Origin: Marsupella aquatica
Taxonomy: Eukaryota > Plantae > Marchantiophyta
Assembly: GCA_973895155.1 (NCBI GenBank)
Contig: OZ316897.1
Location: forward strand, 15,561,375 to 15,625,374
Direction of reading: 5' to 3'
DNA: 64,000 nt
A program made the translations under genes and the position numbers. The notes below the pieces were generated by a model. That model saw only the letters and a program-made list of their open reading frames with translations. It searched no databases and was not told where the DNA came from. This document shows positions 60,181 through 64,000 of this stretch, one piece after another (positions within the stretch are counted from its first letter, which is position 1; each line of letters starts with the position of its first letter).

Positions 60181-63001
60181 GATGTATATGCTTGATGGGC
60201 TCCCTGGCGTAACTTTGTCAACTGATGGGCCCTACGAAACCCTTTTATCCTAATAGGCCCCCTCTACACTTTTGCTTCAGTTATTCTTCTAGCAGTCTCT
60301 CTAACCAAATTTTGCTTTGTACAATGACCAACTAAGCTTTCAACCAACTAAGCTTTCAACCGGTTACTAAGCTTTCAAAAACTCTCTGATGGTCAACCAT
60401 GACTGTAAGGTGAACTGCACCATCAAACCACACACTGAACCTTCCATGGTCCGGGCACAGTCGATCGAACAGAAAGGGTTAGGGGAACCGCAGAATTGCA
60501 GCCACCGCTACCCAAACTTGCGAAGTGAAAACATTATGGACCCGGGATTATGGATTATGTCTTTGGATTCGAATTGCGGACGCTAGATGAACTGAGAAGT
60601 GAAGATAATGGGGATTATGTCATCCGATTTGAATTTCACGTGCTCCAGATAGGGTTTTCTCGACATTTTTTATCTGCGACAATCGGTTCAAAGGATATAT
60701 GCGATCATTCTGATCCTGGTACTTCCCATAGTACTTTTTTGTCACTGGGCACTAGGCATTGGGCTTCAATCATGCTCGGGTATGGACAAAACCCGAGCAT
60801 CGACAAAGCCCAAGCATCAACAAAACCCGAGCGCTTCCCTCCCACTACACAAAGAATCAAAAAGCGACGATTGTCAGGAAGCAGCGACAACCTTAAACCC
60901 CTCACAACACACGAATACATAATAAAACTAGCTCAATACCCGTGCATTGCACAAAAGATGTCGTGTCGCCCAAGATGTCGTGTCCTCTAAGATGTCGTTA
61001 AGACAAAAAGATGTTGTGTCGCCCAAGATGTCGTTAAGAACAAATACGTTGTGTCGCCCAAGATGCCGTTAAGAAAAAAAGATGTGGTGTCGCCCAAGAT
61101 ATCGTTAAGAAAGAAAATGTAGTGTTGCCCAACTGAAGATGTCATGAAGAAAAAAAATGTTGTGTCACCCAATGTGTCATTAATGAAGAAAAAATATATC
61201 GTGTCACCCAAGATGTTGTTGAGAAGAAAAATGTTGTGACACCCAAGATGTACTTAAGAAAAATGATATTGTGTCACCCAAGATGTTGTGGCACCCAATA
61301 TGTCCTTAAGAAAAGAAATGCCACGTTGCCCAAGATGTCGTTAAGAGAACAGTTGTCATTAAGTAAAGAAGACGTTGTTAAGACAAAAGTTGCACAAAAG
61401 ATGGTGTGGTGAGAGAAATATGTTGAGGTGAGAAAAAGAAGTTGAAGTGAGAAAAAGAAGTGGAGGTGAGAAAAAGATGTCGAGGTGAACAAAGATGTTG
61501 ATGAGAAAAAGAGATGTTGAGCTAAGAAAAAGAAATAGAGCAAAAACTATGTCAAGGAGAGAAAAGATGGCGATGTGAGAAAAATATGTGAAGATGAGGA
61601 AAAGATGTTGAGGGTGAGGGAAAGATGTTGTGGTGAGATAAAAATGTGAAGTTGAGAAATAGGTCAGATTTCGAGGTGAAAACAAATGTCAATGACAAAA
61701 ATAGATGTTGAGGAGAGAAAAAACATGGCGAGGTGAGAAAATGACGTTGAGGAGAGAAAATATGTCGAGGGTGAGGGAAAGATGTTGTGGTGAGATAATG
61801 ATGTCAAGGTGAGAAAAGATGTCAAGTCAGGTGAGAAAATATATCATGGACCTAAATGATGTTGAGGGTGAGAAAAAATTGTCATGACATAAAAATGTCA
61901 ATGTCATAAAAAATGGCGAGATGAGAAAAATATGTCAAGGCCAGGTAGAGTTGTTGTGGTGGTGTGCAACAACTCGTGCACTGCACATAGAAATTGGAGG
62001 CTGAGATAATAGTCACCGCAACATAGAGTCCAAGCACAACCAAGTGATAGAAAAAATTATTTAAAATTTAAAATTTTTAGAGAAATTAATATCATATATA
62101 CATTATTAATACTCAAGTTTTTTCAAACTTTAAAGTTCTTATCCAATTCTATAAGTCTCAATTTGAATAATTATTTTTTAATAATATTCAATTTTTTATT
62201 TTTAATCTTGGTTGGGTTGAGGTAGGTTATGGGTAGCTTGGGCAGAGGTAATCCAGATTAATAGAGATATGGATGGATCCTACATTTACAGAAAAACAAA
62301 TTTTTACTTAAGACCTAGGATTGTTCCCATTTTTTCTTGAGTTTGTAAATAATACCATATCCATTTTTAGAGGATGTGGTATATCACTTATGATACTCTT
62401 GCATACAACTGGGTTAGGTACATTTTTGTCTTTTTTCCCACCATTAGATTCTTTTTTGTGTGAAAAGTGCATGCAACAGGGTTAGTTACAGTTTTTGTTT
62501 TTTGTGTACACCAATTGATTACTGTTTGTGTGAAAAGATTTACTGTACTTTTTGGTTCACACTATATTTAATTTGCTTTTGGTTTTATCCCTTCTGTTTA
62601 TTGGTTATTTCTTTTCTTGGCACTGTATTTTTGAATGACGACCACTGCATAAAAAGGCGCAACCTTGTATTATAGTTCTTGATATGTTCTTCATGGCTAA
62701 ACCTGCCCCCACCCTATTTAGAACCCTGTGTCTATTGTGTTGTTGGCCGCTCGGTTGGGGGCATGGTTTGTTCACTATGGCGTGGACTGTGGTGGACCGG
62801 ACATAAACACGATGTGTGTAACACAGAACTTGTTGTGGTCAACTACACAGTTTGGCACCTCACAAGAACAGTGAGTACAACTCATTAAGAGGGGGCCTAC
62901 TAGATAAAAAATGTTTCCTAGGGGCCTATTAGGTAAGAAAAGTTTTGTAGGGCCCATCAAGTAAGAAAGTTCCACCTGAGGGCCCATCAAGCATATATCT
63001 C
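60181..63001. mobile_element. Non-autonomous Mutator-like element (MULE) with long imperfect TIRs and 9-bp TSD, containing a nested Helitron
   Basis: TSD AGTCCACTC at 60172-60180 and 63002-63010. ~85-bp TIRs GA..TATATGCTTGATGGGC...TGATGGGCCCTAC.AAAC...CCTAATAGGCCCC at both ends. The empty site aligns with the upstream region of copy 2 (~53450-53490). Confidence 0.88.
60928..62676 (-). mobile_element. Non-autonomous Helitron, copy B, nested in the MULE
   Basis: Minus-strand 5' CTATAATACAAGGTTGCGCC. 3' GTGCAATGCACGGGTATTGAG-CTAG|T. It has the same internal arrays as 17861-19368, with more copies of the ~29-bp unit. Confidence 0.87.
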
Positions 63002-64000
63002 AGTCCACTCTATCTTTGAAGGTTTCCAAGGGCATGAGGGTCCTTCAGTCTGTATTTTAAAAAATTATCCAAGGTGCCTCCCCACTTGCCTGCAGAATAA
63101 GGAAAGTTGGCTACCACTTGCATGTGGAGTAAGGAAAAGTTGGCTACCCCATGTGCTTTGGGTTTGGTTTGCAGCCAACTGGCTAATAGTCTCTTGCTAT
63201 AGTAAGTTGATTGGGCTAATCCCAAAGTTTGATAGTGCACTCACATGTGAATGGTAGGTTGATCAGCTGCTCTCGTTTATAAAAACAAAAACTAAGACAT
63301 AATTATCTCTGTTGGGGAATTGAACCCCGTTGCTGAGTATGTCACAGCCTTCCAAGGCAGGGCTTCAAGGGAGAATGCCACCGACAGGAGCTGCAAATTT
63401 GTTTGGGAAGAGGCACAGATAGGGTGTCTACTTGTGGCAACTTGCGAGTGGTGTTAGACAACTGGCAGTGACTAGCAACTATGTACATTAATTGCATGGT
63501 AATGAGCAGCGTGCAAACAACCTTTATCTTGCCTAGGGCTTGCTGGTGAATGATGTCATGGTTCCAAAATTTAGCCCAAGAATCATTCGCCACCCCCTTT
63601 CTCCGTAGGTCAAGATACACTATTCCCCTTTTTATAAGGCAAGTTTTTAATTCCTTATAATAGCCTGCTATCCAATTGACCATGCTAGGTTCAATTTCCA
63701 TCTACTAGACTCTAACTTGTACCTCTCAACTGAAGGAATCCAATTAAAAATGTAATTTTAAAAAAAAAATTAAAAAAGTTTTGATATAAAGAAATTTGAT
63801 CAAAACCAAATTATATAGCATTTTTTAATAGGGGGTCTAGAACCAAACTAGCCAGTATTTTGGGATTTTCATAAAAATTCTAAAAATATTATAATAAAAA
63901 TTACAACATATTTAATATTATGTGGAAAAAATGAAACCTTTTGATATGACTTGAAAAACTTTTAAATTGAAAACCCAGGTTTTCTCAAATTTTTATTTAC

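Noticed and set aside
60955-61350. Regularly spaced ~29-bp repeats resembling a CRISPR array (also at 19140-19340)
   Set aside because: The units are head-to-tail and degenerate with no unique spacers, there are no cas genes, the context is eukaryotic, and they lie inside a Helitron.

Overview
This is eukaryotic land-plant nuclear DNA: spliceosomal GT-AG introns, plant gene families and plant transposons. It is probably from a non-seed plant such as a bryophyte, but that is inference only. From left to right: (1) ~1-4850, part of an LTR-retrotransposon-type element with one ~1,210-codon minus-strand frame broken by only two TAG stops. (2) 4853-7191, a decayed Ty3/gypsy pol whose integrase ends in a PHD finger, with a nested 8-bp-TSD MITE. 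(3) A SNAP25/SNAP33-type SNARE pseudogene. (4) A Tourist MITE and a non-autonomous Helitron. (5) An intact two-exon A1B (nepenthesin/CDR1-type) aspartic protease. (6) A minus-strand tandem array of three MEKK1-type MAPKKK genes. The most striking feature is that array. Copy 1 is full length (~831 aa). Copies 2 and 3 share a ~1.9-kb deletion that removes the whole N-terminal region and recruits an ATG from the parent's 5' leader, leaving open, correctly spliceable kinase-only genes (319 and 290 aa) with a new upstream region. A 9-bp-TSD Mutator-like element containing a second copy of the Helitron sits just upstream of copy 3. Two multi-kb decayed coding-like tracts (~9.5-12.5 kb and ~23.9-28.3 kb) could not be identified by eye. 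All exon models and translations were derived manually and no database searches were run.
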